DNA of 64,000 nt from the human T2T-CHM13v2.0 reference genome, Homo sapiens: the NCBI RefSeq assembly GCF_009914755.1, contig NC_060947.1; one strand, given 5' to 3'. A program made the translations under genes and the position numbers. Positions 1-11,822 of this stretch are shown in pieces; within the stretch, counting starts at the first letter, position 1, and every line of letters starts with the position of its first letter. The notes under the pieces were generated by a model, which was given only the letters and a program-made list of their open reading frames with translations, was not told the origin of the DNA and ran no database searches.

Positions 1-103
1 GCAAACCACCATGGCACATGTATGCCTATATAACAAGCCTGCACATTCTGTACATGTATCCCAGAAGTTAAAGGAAAAAAAAAATAAAATTAAAATTAAA
101 AAA
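1..103 (+). mobile_element. L1 3' end (older L1PA/L1PB type) with A-rich tail
   Basis: GCAAACCACCATGGCACATGTAT...CTGCACATTCTGTACATGTATCCCAGAA followed by an A-rich tail matches the L1PA 3' terminus. Confidence 0.85.
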
Positions 104-159
104 GTAAAACAGTTTTAAAAAATCCTTGAAAGAACAATTTAAAAAAAGAGTATGTGCAG

Positions 160-343
160 GGAACTCCCCTTTATAAAGCCATCAGATCTCTTGAGACTTA
201 TTCACTATCACGAGAACAGCATGGGAAAAGGCCCACCCCCATGATTCAATTACCTCCCATTGAGTCCCTCCCACGACACGTGGGAATTATGGGAGTTAAA
301 ATTCAAGATATGATTGGGGTGGGTACACAGCCAAACCATATCA
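160..343 (+). mobile_element. THE1/MST (ERVL-MaLR) LTR, 3' half
   Basis: CCATCAGATCTCTTGAGACTTATTCACTATCACGAGAACAGCATGGG...CCCCCATGATTCAATTACCTCCC...ACACAGCCAAACCATATCA is the THE1 LTR 3' half. Confidence 0.85.
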
Positions 344-344
344 A

Positions 345-992
345 GGATATTTAGCTTTCCTGTCATTCATGTGTTTACTGGAGTGGCACTTTTGATTTCC
401 TCTGAGAACTTTTCCACTGCATTCACAGCTCGGCTAACTGTTTGGCACAAGAGGCCTAGCTTTTGGCCTATATCACCTTTCATCATGCCTTTCTCACTAA
501 GGTTATTTCTAGCTTTTGATTTCGAGTGAGAGATGTAGGACTTCCTTTCACTTGAACGCGTAGAGGCCATCATAGGGTTATTAGTTGGCCTAATTTCAGT
601 ATTGCTGTTTCTCAGGGAATAGGGAGGCCTGAAGAGAGGGAGAGAGATGGGGGAATGGCTGGATGGTGAAGCAGTCAGAACGCATACATTTATCTATTAA
701 GTTTACCATCTTATCTGGGTGTGGCTTGTGGTGCCCCAAAACAATTGCAATCCATAACATCAAAGATCACTGATCACTGATCACCATAACAGATATAACA
801 GTAATGAAAAAGTTTGAAATATTGTGAGAATTACCAAAATGTGCCACAGAGACACAAAGTGAACACACGCTGTTGGAAAAATGGCGCTGATTGCATTGCT
901 CAATGCAGGGTTGCCACAAACCTTCAATTTATTTAAAATGCAGTATCTGTAAAGTGCAATAAAGTGAAATTCAATAAAACAATGTATGTCTA
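345..992 (-). mobile_element. Tigger1 DNA transposon, 5' part with decayed transposase N-terminus
   Basis: ORF 367..573 (MASTRSSERKS...IGQKLGLLCQTVS...EIKSATPVNT) matches the Tigger1 transposase start; TIR-like end at ~992 followed by TA. Confidence 0.9.
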
Positions 993-1611
993 TATTCTAC
1001 TGCCTTTGTCTAAGCCTTTTTGTAGATGGTGAGTCCTTTCTTTATCAAGGCTCAATTCAAATGCTACTTCCTCCACACAAAGCCTTCCCTCTACCAACCC
1101 CGTGCACCTACAAATATGCTCAAACACTAGCTAAAAGCTGTCTCATGTTTATAAATTACCACACCACTAATATTACTGTAGTTCATGTGACACTTATCAA
1201 TTTTAGCTTGTATTATAGTTATTTGATTGGGGGTTATCCCAACTACTACTTTAACTTTAAAGTAGTAGTTTAAAGTTAAGGACAGGTAACCACACTTTTA
1301 ACCTTCAGTCCTAGCAAGTCGAGGTGTCCATGGGAGGTGTTCAGTTAATGTTTAAGAAATGAATTATTAGTGGAAATTAAGATTGCAAGGTAAAATAAGG
1401 CTGAATATCATCATGAGGAGTTTCTATTTGATGAGAAATACCCCAGAGGATTTTAATCAGAGGAAAGCCACAACGAAAGCTGTAGTTTTAGAATGACTAA
1501 AAGAGATTCAAAATGCAGGTTAGAAGAGAGCTGTGCTGAATAAAAGTCTCATCGCTGCTATGCATTAACTCTGTGACGTTGGTCAATTTCTTTAAATGTT
1601 CTAATGGATAC

Positions 1612-2722
1612 ATTATAATCATACTTATTTATGGGGTACAATTTGATGTTTCAATACACATATCTGTTGTAAAATGATCAAATCAAATCGCATATTCATC
1701 ACATGATTTATTTATCATTTATTTGTGGTGAGAACATTAAGAAACCTATTTTCTAGCTATTTTGTAGCATACAATAAAGTGTATAACTATTCACCATAGT
1801 TACTCTACTGTGCAACAGAACACCAGAACATATTCCTCATGTCTAATGGTAATTTTGTACTCATTGGCTAACCTTTCTCCATTTTCCCCTTCCTTATCCC
1901 CTCCCCAGTCTCTGGTAACCACTGTTCTACTATCTATTTTATGAGACATTATTTTGTTTAGATTCCACAAATCCCTTATAAGATATGTGATTTGCAAATA
2001 TTTTCTATCATTCTGTCAGTTATCTTTTCATTTTCTTGATTGTTTCCTTTGAAGCATGAATGTTTCTAATTTTGAGAACATCCCATTATTTATTTCTTCT
2101 TTGATTTCTTGTGCTTTTGGTGTCATATCTAAGAAATTTCTAATCCAAGATCAAGAAGATGTGCATCTATGCTTTCTTCTAACAGTTGTATAGTTTTAAC
2201 CTGTACATTTAGGTCTGTCATCCATTTTGAGTTAATTTTTATGTATAGTGACAGGTTGGGGTTCAACTTTAATCATTTGCATGTGGATATTCTAGTTGTC
2301 CCAGTACCATTAGTTAAAAAGATGATTTTTTCCCCCATTGAATTGTCTTGGCACTCTTGAGAAAAATCAGTTAACCAAAAATGTAAGTTTTTACTTCTGG
2401 GTTCCCAATTCTGTTCCATTGATTGTATATGTGTCTATATCTATATCCAATGACAGAACTCACTGTCCTGATTACTATTGCTTTGTAGTAAGTTTTGAAG
2501 TCAAGAGGTATAAGTCTTCAAACTTTGTTCTTCATTTTCAAGACTATTTTGACTCTTCTGATTTCCTTGCATTTCCATATGAATTTTATAATCAGCTTCT
2601 CAACTTCTGCAAAAATAAAGCAGCTACAATTTTGATAGAGATTGTTTTAAATCTGTAGGTTGCTTTGAGGAATATTGCCATTTTAGCCATATTAAGTCTT
2701 CTAATACATGAACATGGGATGC
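1612..2722 (-). mobile_element. L1M fragments (L1MA-type 3' end 1612-1972 joined to an ORF2 segment 1973-2722)
   Basis: Antisense L1 hallmarks: TTTATGGGGTACAATTTGATGTTTC, TGATTTGCAAATATTTTC, TCCATTTTGAGTTAATTTTT, TTTTGATAGAGATTG. Confidence 0.85.
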
Positions 2723-2885
2723 TAGGGCAAGTCATTTAACCTGCCTGGTTTCACCTGCTTTATTTCTCAAATGGGAATAATAATAGTCATTCTATGTTAC
2801 AGGATTTTTTACATGAATTTTTTACATGAAAATTGCATGAAAAAACTCTCTTGAAGTGGGGAATATAACACAAGTATAAGGAATT
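2723..2885 (+). mobile_element. MIR fragment
   Basis: GGGCAAGTCATTTAACC...AAATGGGAATAATAATAG MIR core. Confidence 0.6.
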
Positions 2886-3049
2886 ATTTATGATAGCATT
2901 ATGGGAATCAGTATAGACTCTTGATGTCATAACTCTATAGAACATTAAAAATATTGGCTTATGTTTGTTTGTTCCAAAATTAGTTTCATTTATTTAAAAC
3001 CACAACTTTTATTTCTTAAGTGCCTACTGAGTGGTTGGTGCCACAGTAT

Positions 3050-3310
3050 GCTCCATGGCATAGAGATAAAGAGTATTGGCTCTATAGCTAAACTACCTGC
3101 TTTCAGTTCCCAGTTCTACCACCAGATTTAACCTTAGACAAGTTACTTGTATCTCTGTCACTCAGTCTTCTTGTTTGATAAATGAAGATCATAATACTGT
3201 AGTACCTACTACATAGGATTCTTGTGAAAACTGAATAAATTAATTCATATAAAGCACTTAGAAATATGCCCAACACATTGTCAGAACTTAATAAGTGTCA
3301 ACCATCATTA
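3050..3310 (+). mobile_element. MIR, near full length
   Basis: ACCTTAGACAAGTTACTT...CTCAGT...TAAAGCACTTAGAA...CTTAATAAGTGT. Confidence 0.8.
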
Positions 3311-5951
3311 TAACACCATATAGAAATATGTGAGGGCCCTACATCCAGTGGTATTTATAATCAAATACATATGAAATAGCCTCTAACCTCTTGGTTTGCA
3401 TGATTCGAGTCAGCCGGACATTTGTTTGAAGGTAGAGTACCTTCTTTAAAGAAACTAGACTTAAATGGAAATTCTCACACAATAAAATGGGGACTACAAT
3501 TTCCCTCATTGGATATATGAATAAATAAAATTGCTTTTAAATTACGTTTGACATTTTGCAATGTAAAGTCCTTCTTAGGTGTTTAAACAGAAAACATGCA
3601 GGTTGCTTGGGATAACTGTTTTGTGAGAAACGAGTGTAGCAACATTGCATCATTTTTTTCTGTTGGTGTCTATTCTGCTCTTAGGTTTCACTTATTAGAA
3701 ACAGCTAGGGGAGAGTCATAACTGTATATGCACATCCCTGCTGTGTCCGTCTCCAGACCCCTTAGAGGCAGTCTGATCTCTGGCGGCAACTGGTTCTAGG
3801 GCAGTTGTGTTGGGTTGATGGCTGGTAAAGCACTCTGCCTACTACTAGTCTTCTCAAAGCTTGAGCTTAGGGAAATCATCACTGAAGCCACTTCAGTTAG
3901 GAGCAAATTGGGAATCACAGCATTCAACACTATAACAACAGCCTGAAAAAGACACATAGCAATTTCTCATAGAACCAGAGGATCAAGGGGATTGCAGGGG
4001 CTCTTGGCAGGCCATGTGGATCCTAGTTCATTCCTCAGTCTCTAGGAAGCCCTACAGCAAAACCATTTAGGATAAACTAATGTGTAGCACCGACCCCTAC
4101 ATTCTCTGCTGTTTCTTTAGTCCATTTTCTAAATCAGGAGAAATGGGCTTTAGGACACTTGAGCATTTAAATGGAGTTTGGGGGATAAAGCCCTAAATAG
4201 GAAATCTCCCCTCTATAAATCTCTCATTCCCAAGCATGGAAAACCTCAGAAACAAAAGGGCATGGGAGAGAAAGCCAAATAGCAACAGATCCCTTGTGCC
4301 AGCCAAGTGTTGCTTGGCAAAGCAACCTGGGTATTTGATGTGGGTACAGTCATGTGGAAGTGGTAGAATGAGTAAGTCAAAGGCAAGGAAAGCTAAAAGC
4401 AGCCTTATAGTTCAACCTTAGAGGAAAGCTCTGATGCTCTTATGAATATTTGAGACACTCTAATGAAATGATTTCCTCAATTTGCTGCTTATAATAATTA
4501 AAAATAATTCATGAATCCAAGGATGATAGGTATTGGTCAAAGCTTGATGTGAACCTGAAAAGAATTGCATTAGTTTCTTTTAAAATTTTGAATTGTGCTC
4601 TCAACCTTCTTGTTCTCATCTCCTCAGTTCTGCTCTCTAGTTGGCCTTTGTTTTATTTCTTTCCACCAAAACGCTTTTCCATCCCCCATTTTTAAAAGTT
4701 CACCTTCTATTCTTCCTGCTCATCATAAAATATATGTTCTTTAAGTTGCAGATTCAACTAAATATGAGGAGGAAGTCAATCTGATTGAACTAATTCAAAG
4801 GTAAGGTAGGGATGATTGAAAATTCTTGAGTAATCATGGGACTCTGCATTTTAAAAGAAGATCAGTTTCCTCCAAATTAATTTCTAATCTTGAGAAAATT
4901 TTAAACTAAGTCATTTGATGAATGTTTTTGGAGGAAAGGTTTGGGAGAGGGAAGCGGTCTCCTGATGTCCTTCAGATCACATATTATTTTACCCACACTG
5001 TTTTGGCTGCATTCTAGTTGTAAAGTCACCTGTGACAGGAAGTATGGTCACAACTTCAAAAAGCCTACACACTCGGATGTATGAGGCCTTGAAGCATTAG
5101 GTTTTAAATGAAAGTGAGAATCAGAGCTTTGAAAGTTGCTTATTGGGTCTCTGTGGAAATTCCTAGTTTGCATCTCCCTGGAGGAGAATTTCTCTCTTTG
5201 TTTTATACCCACAAGGCAGTCTGACAAAGGCCCATGATACTTTCTGCCTTGGAGTTTTCTTACTGAGAAGGTAGTAGGTAGAGGTGAATGAGAAGATGAG
5301 CATTAAAATGGAGTTTAAAATTTGGGATGCTCTAAACTAATGGGGAAAGAGAGAGAACCCCTTGATATCCATCAGCTTCAGTCAACCAGGTAGATGGTAT
5401 GGTTTTTTGCCCTCTTAATTTAACAGTTGGTGAAATTCAGCCTTGGGCTGACACACCCTTGTGAGAAGGGCATGCATTGCTTCACAAGCAAATTTATTGC
5501 AAATGACAAGCAACAGATCCTGCAGTGAGGTTCCACCTGACCGGGCAGTGACTGATTTACAGACACTTGGCTCTGCTTGAGCTTTGGAAGCACATTTTTT
5601 ATTCTAAGCTTTTTCCCTTGGGGTTTCCACCTCATCACCAGCTCTTCCCTCCTCCCCTCACACAAAGACACTATGCAGTTTGCAGGGGTGTTATACCTAC
5701 TGCTCGGTATCACCATCACTCTGAATGACAAAACAGCCAAATAAGACTCAAGAGAAAGAGAAAGTTAATGAGCTGAAAGATTCCAAAACTTCTGAAGCAG
5801 GCTGCCTGAAAACTTTGAAAAGATCTTTAATTCTGATGGATCTAGCTGCTTAATATCTTTAACAGTGCTATATGCTGTTCATTAATAATTGCTATTTTTG
5901 TCTCTTCATTGACCCCTACCCTGCTGTCTAACCTGTCCAGAATATCTACCT

Positions 5952-6137
5952 AATTGGTTCTCAACAATGTCTATAAACCAGAATTACCCAAGGAATACAT
6001 TTTAAAAAAATCTAGATAAGCAAGTCCTATCCCAGATCTACTAACAGTTCCTGGAAACAGGGTATGTGTATTCACATATTAAAAAATAGTTTCTCCTATG
6101 ATTTTTGAGGCATAGCCAAGGTTGAACATCACTGCCT
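5952..6137. mobile_element. MER5-family hAT-Charlie MITE
   Basis: TGGTTCTCAAC... start and GCCAAGGTTGAACATCACTG end resemble MER5 termini. Confidence 0.6.
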
Positions 6138-6159
6138 TAGGCTCATCTAGAAGAATTTT

Positions 6160-6310
6160 ATCTTTGCAACAATTCTGTGAGATATGTACTATTCCCATTT
6201 TGAAACTTGAGGCTCATAGCATGTCAATGATTGGCCAAATGTCACACAGCTAGAAATTTGCTAAGCTAAGATTCAAAGGCAGACCAGTCACTTCAAAGGA
6301 CATACCATTT
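6160..6310 (-). mobile_element. MIR
   Basis: ACAATTCTGTGAG...CCCATTTT...GAGGCTCA...GTCACACAGCTAG...GATTCAAA antisense MIR core. Confidence 0.65.
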
Positions 6311-6597
6311 CTATTCATCACACCAATGAGCTATGCATAATTTTTCTCAGTGCCCTGATATAGACCTCTGTCAAACCAAGAGTCTTGCTCTAATAATTTC
6401 CATCCCTCTCTTGGTCTTTAGTTCCATCATACTAATGCTTTTCTACTTTTTACAACCTAGCCATCATTTTCCTGGATAGAAAAGATGGAAGCAACATAGG
6501 CAGTGAGCAATTCCATAATCTCCCTATATGTACTACCATTACGCTATCACATTATCAGTCTTAATCCACAGGTATATACTCTCCTTTTCATCTGCCT

Positions 6598-7878
6598 GTC
6601 TGCCATTTGTATGTCTTCTTTTGAGAAATGTCTATTCACATCTTTTGCCCATTTTTAAATTGGATTATTGATTTTTTCCTCTTTAATTGTTTGAGCTCCT
6701 TATATATTCTGGTTATTAATCCCTTGTCAAATGGATAGTTTGCAAATACATTTTTCCATTATGTGGGTTGTCTCTTCATTTTTTTTTATTGTTTTCCTTT
6801 GCTGTGCAGAAGCTTTTTAACCTGATATGATCCCATTTGTCCATTTTTACTTTGGTTACCTGTGCTCGTGGGATATTGCTCAAGAAATTTTTGCCCAAAC
6901 CAGCATCCTAGAGATCTTCCCCAAAGTTTTCTTGTAGTAGATTCATACTTTAAGGTCTTAGATTTAAGTCTTTAATCTATTTTGAATTGATTTTTGTTTG
7001 TGATGAGAGATAGGGATTCAATTTAATTTTTCTGCATATGGATGTCCAGTTTTCCTAGTACTATTTATTGAAGGGACTGTCTTTTCTCCAATATATGTTC
7101 TTGACACCTTTGTTGAAAATAAGTTCACTTTAGATGTATGGATTTATTTGTGGGTTCTCTTTTGTGTTCCATTGGTCTATGTGTCTGTTTTTATGCAAGT
7201 ACCATGCTGTTCTGGTTACTATAGCTCTATCGTATAATTTGACATTAGGTAATGTGATTCCTCCAGTTTTGTTATTTTTGCTGAGGGTAGCGTTGGCTTT
7301 TCTGGGGCATTTGTGGTTCCATATAACTTTTAGGATTGTTTTTCTATTTCTGTGAAGAATGTCATTGGTATTTTGATAGGGCTTGCATTCATTTTATAGA
7401 TTGCTTTGAGTAATATGAATATTTTAACAATATTGATTCTTCCAATCCACGAATATGGAAAATCTTTCCATTTTTGGTTGTCCTCTTCAATTTACTTTGT
7501 CAGTGTTTTATCGTTTTCATTATAGAAGATCTTTCACTTCTTTGGTTAATTCCTAGATCTTTAATTTTATGTGTGGCTATTGTAAATGGGATTACTATTT
7601 TGATTTCTTTTTCAGATTGTTTGCTATAGGCATATAGAAATGCTACTGTTTTTTTATGTTGATTTAGTATTCTGCAACTTTACTGAATTTGTTGTATCAG
7701 TTCTAATAGTTTTTTGGCGGAATCTTTAGGTTTATCCAAGTACAAGATCCTATCATCTCCAAACAAAGATAATTTTTCTTCCTTTTCAATTTGGACACCC
7801 TTCATTTCTTTCTCTTGTCTGATTGCTCTAGCAAGGACTTCCAGTACTATGCTGAATAACAGTGATAAAAGTGGGTAG
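6598..7878 (-). mobile_element. L1 ORF2 segment (L1PB/L1MA type)
   Basis: ORF 7680..7916(-) [36 protein letters not shown] is the L1 RT domain; continuous antisense L1 sequence. Confidence 0.92.
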
Positions 7879-7899
7879 CACAATTTTAAAACTACAGTT

Positions 7900-8050
7900 C
7901 TAATCAACTCCCCCAATTTGCTGATGAAGAAACTGAGGTCCAGAGAAATAAATTGACTTGCCCAAAGTTATACAGCATGTAGTAAATCAAGATCTAAAAT
8001 TCAAGTTTTCTCATATGAAGTCCAGTGCTCTTTCTAACACACTCAATATG
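7900..8050 (-). mobile_element. MIR
   Basis: GATGAAGAAACTGAGGTCCAGAGA...GACTTGCCCAAAGTTATACAGC. Confidence 0.75.
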
Positions 8051-8089
8051 GTTATGAAGTCCAGTGCTCTTTCTAACACACTCAATATG
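8014..8089. repeat. Perfect 37-bp tandem duplication (period 39)
   Basis: TATGAAGTCCAGTGCTCTTTCTAACACACTCAATATG at 8014-8050 and 8053-8089. Confidence 0.97.
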
Positions 8090-8385
8090 ATAAAGAAGGA
8101 AAGCAGCACCATGTCCAGAAAGTTCTGGAGAAAACTCTGGTTACAAGAGAGAATAATAATATTAAGTTAACATATCTTGAGCAATTACTGTATGCCAGGC
8201 TCGTTTTACTGCTTTACTTCTGGCTGTGCTCTGGCTGTTTTAGACTGCCTTCACCTGAATTCAAGTACTGCATCTGCATCATTCACACATCTTTGAGTGT
8301 CTCTGGAACACATCCAGCCTCCTGGCCTCTTCACCTCCACTTCTGGTGCCATAATTCAGGTCCACATTATCTTTTTCTTTAAATC

Positions 8386-8785
8386 ACAGCTTTATTAAAA
8401 TATAATTTGCGTATCATATAATTAATGCTTTTAAATAGTGCACATACAATGGCTTCTAGTATATTTACAGAGTTGTGCAACCATCCCCACAGTCTGATTT
8501 TAGAATATTTTCCCCATGCCCATTAGCAATCACTCCCCATTCTTTCCTCTCCAAAGCCTTGGTAAACACTAATCTACTTTGTGTCTACGAATTTGCCTTT
8601 CCAGATACTTCATATACATGGAATAATACAATATGTGGTCTTTTGTGGCTGGCTTTTTTCACTTAGCATGTTTTCAATGCTCATCCATGTTGGAGCATGA
8701 ATTATTACTTCATTCCTTTCTGTTACTGAATAGTATTCAATTGTGTTGATAGACCACATTTTGTTTGTCCATTCATCTATTGACA
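8386..8785 (-). mobile_element. L1MB-type 3' end inserted in an L2 remnant
   Basis: ACAGCTTTATTAAAATATAATTTG...AGTTGTGCAACCATC...CTAATCTACTTTGTGTCT...TTCACTTAGCATG; L2-like sequence resumes at ~8790. Confidence 0.8.
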
Positions 8786-8936
8786 GACTCCTTATTATCT
8801 CTTGTTTAAACTACTGCAATAGCATTCTGACTGTTGTTTCTACCTCCATAATTCCCTATGCTCTTCCCACTGTCATTAGAAATATTTTATAAAAGTATCA
8901 ATTTTCCATCACTACTTCAGTGTTTCCCTGTTCTAA

Positions 8937-9150
8937 GCAGGAAATCACAAACTTAACTGCCTCTAGAGGCAAGTTAAGTCAAGCAAATGGATGAAGTTAT
9001 GAGATGCAAGACAATTTTTGAATGGTGGGTTCAGTGGCCAATTGAAGAGTAAACCCTGCTTAAATGCATTCAAATTTGAATTTTTTAAGTGTAAACAAAC
9101 AAACAAAACAAAACACTGTGCTTACCTACAAAAACAGTCAGGTTGCTTTT
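8937..9150 (+). mobile_element. hAT-Charlie MITE (Charlie4-like)
   Basis: CAGGAAATCACAAACTTAACTGCCTCTAGAGGC...AAATGGATGAAG resembles the Charlie4 terminus. Confidence 0.45.
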
Positions 9151-9169
9151 CTCTGTGCCTTATTTATCT

Positions 9170-9630
9170 AAAAGAGAACAGCCCAACCACTTAGCAAGGC
9201 TCTTTATCACTTGACTCCAGTCTTATCTCCTGGTTCCTCTCCTGCTTCTCCTCCTCCTTCTCTTTCTTCCCATTCCCTCCTACTCTATAGTTTCAGCCAC
9301 ACCATGCTATTGGAAAAGCCTAAATTGCCCTTTATATTTTATGACTTTTGTGCCTTGTTTTTTCCTTCTGTCTAGAATGCCCTCATTCTGCTTCTCTTCC
9401 TGGAGAGCTGATTCTCCATCTTTCAAGATCTGCCTTGAATGTCATCTGCTCTACCACCCTTTGTTCGACCTCTACCTGTCTTATCATATATATCTACCAC
9501 ATTATAATCGAACATCCTATGTGCAGGTCCATCTCCCTTATCATACTATAAACTCCTCCAAGGTAGAGATGTTGTTCGAGTCAATATTGTATCTAATAGT
9601 CTACAAAGAGGAGGCTCGTATACTATCATA
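9170..9630 (+). mobile_element. L2 3' remnant
   Basis: TCTGTCTAGAATGCCCT...CTTTCAAGATCTGCCTTGAATGTCA...ACTATAAACTCCTCCAAGGTAGAG. Confidence 0.55.
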
Positions 9631-10371
9631 TCTGGCTGTGAAAAAGAGAGATTTCCATACCTTTCCTTGGAGCAACTATTAACTGGATCCCAGGAAAGTT
9701 TAAGTAGTTATTTGTCCAAAGCCACCTAAATTTGGTTGCCAGGGTCTGAAATTAGACATTGTGATATTGGACTAGCTACCTCAGTGTCTCCTACCACACA
9801 AGGAATGAAACTTATGTTCTAGGCCTCAGAAGCAGGGTAGGGTGATCCCAACTGGATGCTCTCTTGGACTTTGGCGAGTTTTTCATGTGGACCTCCCTCA
9901 TTCCTCAATTTTCTCTCCTTCCCTTCCCTTCCCACAGTCCTCAATCCTTTCCCCCTTCTTTGTCCCAGTCTCCTCTACCTGCTACTTTCCCCTCTCAGTT
10001 ATTTATCCCAATAGAAATAATCAAACCTCAAGACCCATCAACTCTCCCTTTGAGCCTATAAATTTTGCAGTCTCAAAGAATCCACTAATGTCAATGTTTT
10101 TTCTCTTTTTCTCTTTCCTGCTGGTCTGCAGTGTCCTGGGTAGACTTTCTCAAGGATAAGCATTGGTCACAAAGGGGATAGGGCATACTGATGATTTTCT
10201 ACTCAAGCCTGTAGGCTTGTTCACCCTCTAAAATGTCTGCAATTAAATAGACCCTTCACCGGTTATGAGAAATGCACTTTCTTTCTTAACATAACTAGGA
10301 CTCTATTTCTTACCAACTAGTACCCCTGTTTTAGTATGCTATGAAAACATTTGCTATCTTCCAGTCTAGGT

Positions 10372-10572
10372 CTGTCTTTTTTTCTCCTTCCTTTCTTTTT
10401 TCCTCCTTCTCGCCTTCCTTCCTTTCTTCCTTCCTTCCTTCTTCCATCCTTCTTTCCTTCTTTTCTCTTTCTTTTCTTTCTTTCCTTCCTTTCTTCTTTC
10501 CTTTTCTCTTTCCTTCTTCTCTTTCTCCTCTCCCTTCCTTCCTTCCTTTCTTCCTTCCTTCCTTTTTTTCTT
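10372..10572. repeat. ~200-bp polypyrimidine/polypurine (TTCC/TTTC) low-complexity tract
   Basis: Almost only C/T on the + strand. Confidence 0.95.
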
Positions 10573-11084
10573 TGCAGAGGTGATAAGTGGGAGATGGGAA
10601 GACACTTAAACTTAGCTTGTTATATATTTTATTTGTCTGTAGCAAAGATCCCAACAAAGATAGTTTCTGTTACTGAAATACAATTCCACAAACTTTTATT
10701 GAATGCCTTCTAGGTGGCAGGCAGTATCCTGGTTGTGATTTCTTTCAATGAGCTAATAAGGGGCTTAAGATTTGAGGCTGAAACTCAGGATTTGTTCTAA
10801 TGAATAAGTTCTTATACAAACTCAGTTATATGTAAAATAGCCAGAAGGTCTGATTACCTTGATAGCAATCTAGAAGTATTTCTTCCAGTGCTCTCTGCAC
10901 CAGTGTTTATTCGGCCAACCAGGGTAGATTGATCACCCACTATGTTTGAGGCACTATATTAATCATTGTGGTTACATTGATGAAAAAGATATTCCTATCT
11001 CATGAAAGAGGCAAGTACCTATATTACTGAATGCATTATAATGTTTTGAGTGATGTAATTAATGTATGAACAAAGTGATTAGTG

Positions 11085-11271
11085 CAGAGGTTTGCAAACT
11101 ACTGGCTACCTGTTTTGGTGAATAAAGAAATACAGCCACACCCATTCATTCACTTGCTGTCTGTAGCCACTTTTGCACTACATGGCAGAGCTGTTGCAAG
11201 AGAGACTATGGCTTGCAAAACCAAAAATAGTAATTCCCTGGCCCTTTACAGAAAAAGTTTGTGGACTCCTG
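11085..11271 (+). mobile_element. MER58A-type hAT-Charlie MITE
   Basis: CAGAGGTTTGCAAACTAC...CAGCCACACCCATTCATT...CTGGCCCTTTACAGAAAAAGTTTG...CCTG. Confidence 0.8.
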
Positions 11272-11514
11272 CCTTATAGAAGTTAAGTGTGTTTGAGGTA
11301 ACCAGGAAAGCATCAAAACAGTGATGTCTGAATTGGAAATATTAGATTTAGTCTCACTTTTTCAGGTGTATAAGAGAGGAAAGAGGGCTATAGATGGAAA
11401 GATCAGAGGCAGAGGTTGAGCAGAGATATGGAGGTAGAAAAAGCAAGACCTTTACTAAAAACCATTGAATTATACAATACGTAAATTGCATGTAAATAAA
11501 ATTAAAAAAAATAA

Positions 11515-11822
11515 ATGGCTTATGCCTGTAATCCCAGCGCTTTGGGAGACCAAGGCGGGCAGATCAAGAGGTCAGGAGTTGGAGACCAGCCTGACCAACA
11601 TGATGAAACCCTATCTCTACTAAAAATACAAAAATTAGCCGGGCATGGTCGCATGCACCTGTAATCTCATCTACTCAGGAGGCTGAGGTAGGACAATTGC
11701 TTGAACCCAGGAGGCGGAGGTTGCAGTGAGCCGAGATCACACCACTGCACTCCAGCCTGTGCAACGGCGAGACTCTGTCTCAAAAATAATTTTAAAAATT
11801 TAAAAAATAAAAATAAAAATAA
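11515..11822 (+). mobile_element. AluS element
   Basis: Dimeric Alu with CTAAAAATACAAAAATTAGCC linker and A-rich tail; a few 5' bases missing. Confidence 0.95.

Noticed and set aside
367-573. TIGD1-like ORF
   Set aside because: Decayed, truncated Tigger1 transposase rather than a domesticated gene
10331-10713. K/E/R-rich and F/L/S-rich ORFs
   Set aside because: Translations of a low-complexity CT tract
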